This document shows positions 1-7,915 of a DNA stretch of 64,000 bases, piece after piece (positions within the stretch are counted from its first letter, which is position 1; every line of letters starts with the position of its first letter). Both the position numbers and the translations under genes were made by a program. Source of the DNA: a virus (Duplodnaviria > Caudoviricetes); IMG/VR virus record IMGVR_UViG_2507262055_000001; one strand, written 5' to 3'. The notes under the pieces are model-generated. The model had not been told where the DNA came from. It did not search any database and was given only the letters and a program-made list of their open reading frames with translations.

Positions 1-32
1 TGATAGCGACGGGCGAGAAGCCCCTCGAAGAC

Positions 33-395
33 ATGGAGTTGGCCGACGAGGCGGAGACTTGCGCCGCCGTGATGCGTGCTTGGCGCTGGAACAATGAAGG
101 AAAATGGAGCGTGCCCGCGGACGAAGGCATCGATCCGACGACAGCCGATCTGTTCAAGCCCACAGGAAACCACGGTCTCGTCGACGCCGAGATCTGCTTC
201 AACTCGCTACTGCTGGTCGGCGATACCGACGTCACCGAAGAGCTGGTCGCCACCTGGACGCAAGAGCAGATGGACCGTGCGTACGACTGGGCCATGAGGG
301 TTCATCTTCACGCCAGCGACAACCCCGGCGTTCTCGTGCCGGCTAGACCCGACTTCATTCTGAATTTCGCGAGGGCCGCCAGCACCGATAGCTGA
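33..395 (+). CDS. Hypothetical phage protein (may start upstream of the window)
   Basis: Open frame with host-like codon usage. Confidence 0.55.
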   Translation: MELADEAETCAAVMRAWRWNNEGKWSVPADEGIDPTTADLFKPTGNHGLVDAEICFNSLLLVGDTDVTEELVATWTQEQMDRAYDWAMRVHLHASDNPGVLVPARPDFILNFARAASTDS

Positions 396-477
396 CGTCC
401 TCGCATCCAGTTCCAGTAAGCATCACTAGCGTATCCCGACATCACCTGCAGCTGCACCCGTTCGGTCATTTCCGGAC

Positions 478-756
478 GTGAGCTTCTGCGTCCCTGAACC
501 ATGGAGCTGTTCGATGTCTCCGATCGTGCATCACCTGATCACCAGCCTCTTCGCCTACACCATGATCGGCTCCCTGGTGTGGATGGTGATCTACAGCTAC
601 GGCCATTTGGCGCGCGTGTACGACGAGCCCTCGGGCAGCGGCGAGGTGATCGACGGCATCGCCAACATCATCATCACCTTGACGCTGATCCTCGGCTGGC
701 CCGGCATGCTCGGCGTCGTCCTGCACTGGGCCCGGCAGCGGAGGGCGCGCCAGTGA
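478..756 (+). CDS. Small membrane protein (two hydrophobic segments)
   Basis: LITSLFAYTMIGSLVWMVIY and IANIIITLTLILGWPGMLGVVL; stop overlaps the next GTG. Confidence 0.55.
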   Translation: MSFCVPEPWSCSMSPIVHHLITSLFAYTMIGSLVWMVIYSYGHLARVYDEPSGSGEVIDGIANIIITLTLILGWPGMLGVVLHWARQRRARQ

Positions 757-1085
757 AGATCATCGACAACATGATGGTCGTGCTTCCCATCGCCGCAATA
801 GCGATCGCGCTGCTGTTGGCGTGCGCGCTACGGATCGTCCGCCGAGGGGCCGCGTCGTCTCCTTCGCTTTCCGCGGTGGCGGACGATCCGTTCTTTTATC
901 CGTTCGGCGAGATGCCGACCGTCCCGCCCGAGCGCCGCCTGGTGGCACGCGACTTCCGCGCCTGGGGCATTCCACTTCGTTCGCATTCCGCCGCGGTTGC
1001 CCACCAGCGGAATGAGGGCGACGGCCGTCCTGCATCCCTGTCGGGGACGGCCGTCGTTCTCAATTTTCCGAAGAGGAGCGCGTGA
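753..1085 (+). CDS. Hypothetical protein with N-terminal TM helix
   Basis: GTG start overlapping the upstream TGA; VVLPIAAIAIALLLACAL. Confidence 0.5.
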   Translation: MKIIDNMMVVLPIAAIAIALLLACALRIVRRGAASSPSLSAVADDPFFYPFGEMPTVPPERRLVARDFRAWGIPLRSHSAAVAHQRNEGDGRPASLSGTAVVLNFPKRSA

Positions 1086-1609
1086 TGCAACTCGCAGGTT
1101 GGATTCAGACGTTCACAGGTAAAAAGTTCTGGCCGCTCGATCCACGGCCTGAGGATGTCGATATCGTCGACATCGCTCACGCCCTGGCGATGCAGTGCCG
1201 GTTTGGCGGGCACTGCCTCAAATTCTACGCCAACGCCGAGCACTCGGTTTACGTCTCGCATCACAGTGGCGCCGACGCGCTCGCCGGATTGCTGCACGAT
1301 GGCAGCGAGGCCTACCTGCTCGACATGTTGTCGCCCATCAAGGCTTTCATGCCGGACTACAAGGCGGCAGAGAAGCGGTGCCAGGCCGTGGTCTACCAGG
1401 CGTTTGGCCTGCCAGACGAGACGCCGGCGAGCGTTAAGACCGCCGATCGGCGCCTGCTCAAGACTGAGCGAATGCAGATCATGGCCCCTTCGGCGGATCC
1501 GTGGGTGATCGATGCCGAGGAGACGCTGCCGATCCAGATTGGAGGCTGGTCACCCTCGACGGCCAAGGTGGCCTTTCTCGATCGGTTCGAGCAGCTGAGG
1601 AAGGCGTGA
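1082..1609 (+). CDS. HD-domain phosphohydrolase (YfbR/5'-deoxynucleotidase-like, phage type)
   Basis: IAHALAMQCRFGGH..FY..AEHSV and LLHDGSEAYLLD motifs. Confidence 0.85.
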   Translation: MMQLAGWIQTFTGKKFWPLDPRPEDVDIVDIAHALAMQCRFGGHCLKFYANAEHSVYVSHHSGADALAGLLHDGSEAYLLDMLSPIKAFMPDYKAAEKRCQAVVYQAFGLPDETPASVKTADRRLLKTERMQIMAPSADPWVIDAEETLPIQIGGWSPSTAKVAFLDRFEQLRKA

Positions 1610-1944
1610 TGCAGCAACATCTCACCCGCGCCGAGCAGGCCAATCTGATCGCCGGCCACGCCGTCGCCTACGCGACCGCCTACCTCGATGGCCGCCACAC
1701 CGCGCAGCAGCTCGCCGACAACGCCGACCGGCTGTTCCTCGACCTGCTGGTGATCGAAACCGCCGAGACCAGCACCTTCCTTATTCCGGTGCAACTGCTT
1801 GCCCTCACCATGATGCGTACCGCGCGCTGTGCGCGGGATATCTCGCAATGGCCGTCACGGGAGGATCGCTGGCAGGCCGTCATGGCCTCGCTCGTCGACC
1901 TCGTCATGAACGAAAGCCGCGAGCTCACAAAGGACCCATCATGA
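1606..1944 (+). CDS. Hypothetical protein
   Basis: Coupled start and stop on both sides. Confidence 0.6.
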   Translation: MMQQHLTRAEQANLIAGHAVAYATAYLDGRHTAQQLADNADRLFLDLLVIETAETSTFLIPVQLLALTMMRTARCARDISQWPSREDRWQAVMASLVDLVMNESRELTKDPS

Positions 1945-2270
1945 AGCCGCTCTCCGAGCACATGACCGTGCTGATCGCGACCGCCGAGGACATGATGCGG
2001 CGGCCGGTCCATCAGATCCCTACTGCGCTCCCGGCTGGTTTCGCCGAGATGGCTGCGGAGATCTATCGCGCTGATGCTTCGCCTTGCGACGGGATCCGCT
2101 CAACCATCGCTGCCGTTATCATGTGCAAGGCAATCGAAGGCTTCTTCTCCGGTCAGGCCGGTGATGGACACTATCAGTCGACCATCGGCCACACGCTGCC
2201 GCGCCTTAAAACGGAGGCATGGCAGCAGATGAAGAATGAGCGAGCGGTCTCCGAGGAGACGCGGCGATGA
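1941..2270 (+). CDS. Hypothetical protein
   Basis: AAGGA RBS, ATGA overlaps. Confidence 0.6.
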   Translation: MKPLSEHMTVLIATAEDMMRRPVHQIPTALPAGFAEMAAEIYRADASPCDGIRSTIAAVIMCKAIEGFFSGQAGDGHYQSTIGHTLPRLKTEAWQQMKNERAVSEETRR

Positions 2271-2431
2271 GCGTCAACAACGAAGAGATCCGCCGCGAGG
2301 TCGATCGGCGCCTCGCCGCCGCGCTTCGCGATGCGGCCGGCAGCGCGCTCGGCATGCCGGGTTCCGTCGACACCTTCAAGGCCATGCTCGAACGCGCCGA
2401 TCTCGCGCTCGTCCTGAAAGAGGGGGTGTGA
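2267..2431 (+). CDS. Small hypothetical protein (54 aa; not in the ORF track)
   Basis: MSVNNEEIRREVDRRL...LVLKEGV, coupled at both ends. Confidence 0.55.
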   Translation: MSVNNEEIRREVDRRLAAALRDAAGSALGMPGSVDTFKAMLERADLALVLKEGV

Positions 2432-3042
2432 TGGCCGATCGCTCCACACCCCAGGCGCAGGCCTATCCCCTGCAATGGCCGTCCGGTTTCCCGCGCTGGA
2501 AGCAGGGCCGCGTCTCGGGCTCGTTCAAGACGAACTTCGAGACGGCCTTGCGCAACGTCAAGAAAAGCCTCGAGCTGTTCGCCAAGGACAGCGGCAAGAA
2601 GATCGAATTCCCGGTTCTGTCGAGCAACATCGACATGAACCCGCTGACCTCGAATTCCGGCAACCGCCCCGCGGATCCCGGCGTCGCGGTCTGGTTCGCC
2701 TGGGATGGGCTGCAGGTCTGCATTCCCGTCGATCGCTACGACACGCCGGCGGCCAACCTGCAGGCCATCCATCACATCATCGAGGCACGCCGCGTCGAGC
2801 TCCGCCACGGCACGCTCGCCCTGGTGCGCGCGACCTTCTCCGGCTTCCAGGCGCTGCCGGCGCCGAAGGGCAAACATTGGCGCGACATCCTGCAGGTCGG
2901 CGGCAACCCGACCAGGGCCGTGGTCGAGGCCAACTACAAGCGCCTGGCGCAGGACTACCACCCCGACCGCGCCGGCGGCTCGATCGAGAAGATGTCCGAG
3001 CTCAACGCCGCGCGTGATGCGGCTATCGCGGAGATCGGGTGA
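2431..3042 (+). CDS. Phage J-domain (DnaJ-type) protein, C-terminal J domain
   Basis: WRDILQV...YKRLAQDYHPDRAGGS...LNAARD with the HPD motif. Confidence 0.85.
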   Translation: MADRSTPQAQAYPLQWPSGFPRWKQGRVSGSFKTNFETALRNVKKSLELFAKDSGKKIEFPVLSSNIDMNPLTSNSGNRPADPGVAVWFAWDGLQVCIPVDRYDTPAANLQAIHHIIEARRVELRHGTLALVRATFSGFQALPAPKGKHWRDILQVGGNPTRAVVEANYKRLAQDYHPDRAGGSIEKMSELNAARDAAIAEIG

Positions 3043-4127
3043 TGGCAGACCGCTCGGCAATCGAATGGACCGACGCAACGGTTAACTTCTGGTGGGGCTG
3101 CACCAAGGTTGGGCCCGGCTGTGATCACTGCTATGCGGAGACCTGGTCGAAGCGCACCGGCGGGGCGCATTGGGGCCATGGTGTGCCGCGCCGGAAGATC
3201 GCAAGCGCCGCGAAGTTGATCCATCGGCTCGACAACGACTACGCCGACTTCGCCGCTGATTGGCATGTGGCCGACGGCAATGCGCAAGCCTTCGGCCTTG
3301 AACGGCCGCGGCCTGGCTACAGGCGACGCGTCTTCATTCAGTCCATGTCCGATCTCTTCGATCTGGAAGTGCCACTGGAATGGTTCGCCGAGGCCTGGGG
3401 CCTGATCAAGGTCTGCAACCGCATCGAGATCCAGATCGTCACCAAGCGCATCAGCGCCGTCGAGAAGCGTCTCGCGGCAATAGGTGAAGATCTGAGGCGA
3501 TGGCCGCAGCATGCCGGCCTCATCATCACCGTCGTCAACCAGGATGAAGCCGATCGAGATGTGCGCCGCCTTCTCGATCTCAAGGCGAAGCTCGGCATTC
3601 CCTGGGTTGGGCTCAGTTGCGAGCCTCTGCTGGGTCCCGTCGATCTGACGCGCATCTGTATCTTGCCGCAGAGGCCGGGATCGATCCGCGCCGGAATCCA
3701 CCTGAATGCGCTCGCCGGCCTCTACTGCGAGAGCGGCATGCCGTACACGGGCGATTGGGACGTTTCGAAGCCAGCACCCACGATTCCGCCGGTTAGGCTC
3801 GACTGGGTGATCGTCGGCGGCGAGAGCGGCCGCGAGGCGCGCGTGATGCACCCTGACTGGGCTCGATCGCTGCGCGACCAATGCACCGCAGCCGGCGCGC
3901 CCTTCCTTTTCAAGCAATGGGGCGAATGGGCTCCGTCGACGCCGGCGGAAGCGAAAGGCAACCCGCGATCCGGATGGCAAGCGATGGCTGCACATCCGCA
4001 CGTCGCCAAGGCAGCCGAACTCTATCCCGAAGCCGGCGCGAAGTTCGTCGCGCGCGTCGGCAAGAAGGCAGCCGGCCGCCTTCTCGACGGCGTCGAGCAC
4101 AACGGCTTCCCGAAGGTGCCGGCATGA
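3039..4127 (+). CDS. DUF5131 / phage Gp37-Gp68 family protein (radical-SAM-like Cys motif)
   Basis: IEWTDATVNFWWGCTKVGPGCDHCYA; FIQSMSDLF; SCEPLLGP; WVIVGGESG; FLFKQWGEW. Confidence 0.85.
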   Translation: MMADRSAIEWTDATVNFWWGCTKVGPGCDHCYAETWSKRTGGAHWGHGVPRRKIASAAKLIHRLDNDYADFAADWHVADGNAQAFGLERPRPGYRRRVFIQSMSDLFDLEVPLEWFAEAWGLIKVCNRIEIQIVTKRISAVEKRLAAIGEDLRRWPQHAGLIITVVNQDEADRDVRRLLDLKAKLGIPWVGLSCEPLLGPVDLTRICILPQRPGSIRAGIHLNALAGLYCESGMPYTGDWDVSKPAPTIPPVRLDWVIVGGESGREARVMHPDWARSLRDQCTAAGAPFLFKQWGEWAPSTPAEAKGNPRSGWQAMAAHPHVAKAAELYPEAGAKFVARVGKKAAGRLLDGVEHNGFPKVPA

Positions 4128-5353
4128 CGCTCCGCGCCATCGACCCGGCGCCCTTCCGCGCCCGTTACGCCGGTCCGGCCTCGGAGGTCGGCGAGCGGCC
4201 GGAGCTGCAGTGGCTCAAGATCGCAAAACTTCGGATCGACCCGCGCTATCAGCGCGAGATCGGCCGCCGCGGCGGCGACAACATCGTTGCGATCGCACCG
4301 GCGTTCAAATGGGCGAAGTTCGCGCCGGTGGTGGTCGCGCCGATCGACGGCGGCCTGTTTGCCATCATTGATGGTCAGCACCGCACCACAGCTGCGGCGC
4401 TGCGGGGCTTCGAGTCCGTGCCCTGCGTCATCATCCAGGTCGACGGCGCCGAGCAGGCTGACGCCTTCGTCGCCATCAATGCCAACGTCACTGCGATGTC
4501 GCCCCTGCAGCTGCACGCCGCGCGCCTGGCCGCAGGCAACAGCGACGCGGCCGATCTGACCGAAGTCTGCCGCGAGGCGGGCGTCACGATCTGCCGCTAC
4601 CCGGTTCCGGCGAACAAGATGAAGCCAGGCGAAACCCTCGCCGTGGGCATGCTGCAGTCGGTACTCGCCAAGTTCGGCCGTGAGGTGCTCATCACCGCGC
4701 TGTGCTGCATCACCAAGACCCGGCGTGGCAATCCCGGGATGATCCGCAAGCAGATCGTGCAGGCGGTGTGCGCCGTCCTCGAGGCCGAGAGCACGTGGCT
4801 TGCCGATCGCAATCGCCTGATCTTCGCCATGCAGACCTTCGACTTCGCGGCGCAGTTTTCCGCAGCCGCGGCCAAGTCGATCGATGCAGGCGAAACCGTC
4901 TCGGCCCTTCTGGTCGAGGCGATCGCGGCCCATCTCGACGGCAAGGTCGAGACGGCGCCGCCCGCGGCCGCTCCTCCAGCCCCGGCGGCCGCGAAGTCAC
5001 CCGCAGCTACGGCGACGCCGCCGGCGGCGCCGAAGCCTGCGACCAGCCCAAAGCCTGCGAGCAACGGGCGCCCGTCGGGCCCGCTCTCGATCAGCCGGGA
5101 GGAAGTCAGCTGCAATGGTCTGCGCATCCGCGTGGTCCCGCGTGCGGCACTGCTGCTGCAGGCGCTTGCGAAGGCCCAGCCGCAGTGTGTCGGCGACGAA
5201 TGGCTGATCCAGAAGATCTGGAGCGTGCGGCCGAACAATGCGGGCGAATTGCTCGACCAGCTCGTCCGTGATCTCGACGGGCTGAAGAAGCTTGGCCTCG
5301 AGGTGCGGACGCAACGGGGCATCGGCCGGCAGCTGGTGGAAATTCCGAGATGA
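4124..5353 (+). CDS. ParB-like N-terminal domain protein with Pro/Ala linker and C-terminal OmpR-like winged helix
   Basis: LRIDPRYQR...IIDGQHRTTAA (ParB-like); C-terminal LLLQAL...LIQKIW...LGLEVRTQRGIG. Confidence 0.7.
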   Translation: MTLRAIDPAPFRARYAGPASEVGERPELQWLKIAKLRIDPRYQREIGRRGGDNIVAIAPAFKWAKFAPVVVAPIDGGLFAIIDGQHRTTAAALRGFESVPCVIIQVDGAEQADAFVAINANVTAMSPLQLHAARLAAGNSDAADLTEVCREAGVTICRYPVPANKMKPGETLAVGMLQSVLAKFGREVLITALCCITKTRRGNPGMIRKQIVQAVCAVLEAESTWLADRNRLIFAMQTFDFAAQFSAAAAKSIDAGETVSALLVEAIAAHLDGKVETAPPAAAPPAPAAAKSPAATATPPAAPKPATSPKPASNGRPSGPLSISREEVSCNGLRIRVVPRAALLLQALAKAQPQCVGDEWLIQKIWSVRPNNAGELLDQLVRDLDGLKKLGLEVRTQRGIGRQLVEIPR

Positions 5354-6405
5354 CCCAGCTCGCCGCCTACGATCGCGCCCGCGTCGCGCTTGCCGAGGCC
5401 ACCCGGGTCGACCAGGTGCTCTCGATCCGCGACGAGATGCAGCACGTCAAGCTCTATGCCCGGCAGATCCAGGACAAGGCCTTGCTCGAGGACGCGATCG
5501 TTCTGCAGACCCGAACCGAACGCCGCCTGGGAATCCTGCTCGCGGCCGCCAAGGAAGCCGGCCAGATCGCGGAAGGCCGCAAGCGGAAAGACGACACGGA
5601 AGGCGAGCGCGTTACGCTGACCGAGATCGGCGTCGACCGCAAACTGTCGGCAAGGGCACAGAAGGCCGCGGCGCTCGATGACGAGCATTTCGAGCGCTTG
5701 ATCGAGCACACCCGCGAGAAAGTCCGCGGCGGCGGCGCCATCCTGGTCGATCCTGTCAGCGCCGCGACCAAGGAAGCCGAGATCGCCGATCGCCGTGCCC
5801 AGCACGCCGCCCGCACCCTCAACGGCGGCTGCATCGCGGATCTCGGCGCGCTGGCACTGACCGGCAAGCGCTTCGGTTCGATCGGTTCTGACCCGCAATG
5901 GAAGTTTTTGACCAGGTCGGCCGCCGGCGAGGGCCGGTCCGCCAACATCCATTACAAGACCGAAGAGGTCGACAAGATCAAGGACCTCCCCGTCAACGAG
6001 CTTCTCGCCGACGATGGCGCCTTCTACATGTGGATGGTCGACTGGTGCCCGCAGGATGCGCTCGATCTGCTCGCGCATTGGGGCCTCAAGCACGTCACCA
6101 CGGCCTTCACCTGGGTCAAGCAGAACGCATCCGGCGAGGGCTGGCATATGGGGCAGGGCTATTGGACCCGCGCTAATCCAGAGCAGTGCTGGCTCGCGAC
6201 CAAAGGCAACCCCAAACGTCTCTACGCCGACGTGCGCCAGCTGATCGTCGCCCCGGTGATGGAGCATTCCCGCAAGCCCGACGAATGGCTCGACCGGATC
6301 GAGCGCCTCACTGAAGGCGATTACCTCGAGCTTCAGGCACGGCGGCCGCGAAAAGGATGGACGAGCTGGGGTGACGAGCTCGAATGGACGGGGGCCGCAG
6401 CATGA
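5350..6405 (+). CDS. MT-A70-family adenine methyltransferase with N-terminal extension
   Basis: SDPQWKF (DPPW position), FYMWMV, FTWVK, GQGYWTRANPEQC, HSRKPDE, YLELQAR..GWTSWGDE. Confidence 0.85.
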   Translation: MTQLAAYDRARVALAEATRVDQVLSIRDEMQHVKLYARQIQDKALLEDAIVLQTRTERRLGILLAAAKEAGQIAEGRKRKDDTEGERVTLTEIGVDRKLSARAQKAAALDDEHFERLIEHTREKVRGGGAILVDPVSAATKEAEIADRRAQHAARTLNGGCIADLGALALTGKRFGSIGSDPQWKFLTRSAAGEGRSANIHYKTEEVDKIKDLPVNELLADDGAFYMWMVDWCPQDALDLLAHWGLKHVTTAFTWVKQNASGEGWHMGQGYWTRANPEQCWLATKGNPKRLYADVRQLIVAPVMEHSRKPDEWLDRIERLTEGDYLELQARRPRKGWTSWGDELEWTGAAA

Positions 6406-6752
6406 CGTCTCGCACCAAGGAAAACAATCGCGAGTACATGCGCGATTACATGCGCGATCGTCGCAAGGTCAAAAAGGATGTGCGCCGGAAAGCGGCTTCA
6501 GGTCGCAACCGCGAGGCCGATCTCGCCCGCAAGCGTGACGAGTACAGGTCCGAGGCTCGTGGCATCCATACCAAGGGCGACTTCGTCCGCAGGGGCGATG
6601 CCCTTTACGATCCCCTGCGCGATGCTCCTTTGTTTTATGCCGACCTGACCGCTGCGATCCTTAAGGATCCACCGATCGGCCGGCGCGCGATCGACGAGCA
6701 CATGGCGCGTTCGGCTACCCGCTCGATATCGCTGGCGGGAGATCTGCCATGA
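6402..6752 (+). CDS. Basic hypothetical protein
   Basis: Coupled ORF. Confidence 0.55.
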   Translation: MTSRTKENNREYMRDYMRDRRKVKKDVRRKAASGRNREADLARKRDEYRSEARGIHTKGDFVRRGDALYDPLRDAPLFYADLTAAILKDPPIGRRAIDEHMARSATRSISLAGDLP

Positions 6753-6970
6753 CTTCACAGCCCCCTTTCTTCAACGCACCCAGTATCGGCATCGGAAGCT
6801 GCAAAGACCCGGCTTGCCGCTCGGTGCATGTTCATCTGCTGGACGAGCAGGATCAAGCGCACGCACAGTTCGTGATTAACTGCGAGCACATCGAAGACGT
6901 GATCGCCGACCTGCGCACCGTGCGCGATCGGATCGTCACGGGCGGCGAAAAGAAGGGGCTCGACAATTGA
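6749..6970 (+). CDS. Small hypothetical protein
   Basis: Coupled ORF. Confidence 0.5.
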   Translation: MTSQPPFFNAPSIGIGSCKDPACRSVHVHLLDEQDQAHAQFVINCEHIEDVIADLRTVRDRIVTGGEKKGLDN

Positions 6971-7314
6971 CCCATCGTCACCGCCTCGCCACCCGCCGGC
7001 GCCACGAAACCATCGCGATGGAGCACGAAGGCCAACGCTACAAGGTTGGGCTCGGCCGGGAGGTCCTGTGCGACGGTAGCTGCGGCGCGACGGCGATGCG
7101 CTTCGGTCCGATCGCCGAAGTCTTTTTCAATGCCCAGAAGGTCAACTCGCCGATCGACGTGCTGGTCTCCGACAGTGCGATCCTGATGTCGATGCTGCTG
7201 CAGTACGGCTGCCCGCCCGCGGACATCTTCCACGCTATGAAGCGCAATCCGGATGGTTCGCCGGCGTCGCCGCTCGGCCGCGCCGCGGCCTACCTGGTCG
7301 AGGGCGAGCGATGA
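6967..7314 (+). CDS. Stand-alone TSCPD-like domain (resembles the C-terminal region of class II ribonucleotide reductase)
   Basis: RHRL..RR.HET, IAEVFFN..K..S.ID...SDSAILMSMLLQYG.P pattern. Confidence 0.6.
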   Translation: MTHRHRLATRRRHETIAMEHEGQRYKVGLGREVLCDGSCGATAMRFGPIAEVFFNAQKVNSPIDVLVSDSAILMSMLLQYGCPPADIFHAMKRNPDGSPASPLGRAAAYLVEGER

Positions 7315-7317
7315 TCC

Positions 7318-7746
7318 ATGACCGATCACGACCTCAGCGACAAGCCCGTCCGCGAGAAGGCGCGAACGATCGGCGATATGATCGCGATCACAATGCATCC
7401 GGCCTTCCGGCTGGGATTCCTGGATGCGCGCGCCGGCAGGCCGCTCGATCACGACACAATCATGGCGCGGATATTCTCCGAAACGCCGGCCGGCGCCCTG
7501 AAGCGGCTCGGCTGGTCGACACCGGATCTGTTCGACGGGCCCGACATGTTCGGTGTCGAGAGCGCACAAGCCAAGCGCGCGGCGCTGAAGGTCGAGGTCG
7601 CCCAGTATCGCTACGAAGAAGGCCGCACGCTGTTTCTGGAATACGGCGTCCGCTGCAAGGCGTGGGGCCATCCAGACTTTCCGCCCGCGCAGGTGCGCGA
7701 CTTCTGTCGAAAGCGCTTCGAAGAATTGAGGTCAGGTCATGACTGA
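7318..7746 (+). CDS. Hypothetical protein
   Basis: Open frame with good codon usage. Confidence 0.55.
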   Translation: MTDHDLSDKPVREKARTIGDMIAITMHPAFRLGFLDARAGRPLDHDTIMARIFSETPAGALKRLGWSTPDLFDGPDMFGVESAQAKRAALKVEVAQYRYEEGRTLFLEYGVRCKAWGHPDFPPAQVRDFCRKRFEELRSGHD

Positions 7747-7900
7747 CATCGAGCGCCAGCTGCTGCTCAACCAGATTGCCATCATGGAGGCCTTGATCCC
7801 GCTTGGATCAAGCGGCCCGGAAGGCACGCGCGAGATCCTGCGCCGCCGGTACCGCGAGAGCGCCGAACTCGTCCGTCAACATTCACCCCCAAAAACCTGA
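7739..7900 (+). CDS. Small hypothetical protein (53 aa; not in the ORF track)
   Basis: MTDIERQLLLNQIAIMEAL...HSPPKT after an AGGT RBS. Confidence 0.45.
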   Translation: MTDIERQLLLNQIAIMEALIPLGSSGPEGTREILRRRYRESAELVRQHSPPKT

Positions 7901-7915
7901 AGGGATTCCGCCGCC

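Noticed and set aside
1082-1609. DatZ-like dATPase implying a Z-genome (2-aminoadenine) pathway
   Set aside because: No PurZ or MazZ gene was seen; the HD family is widespread in ordinary prophages
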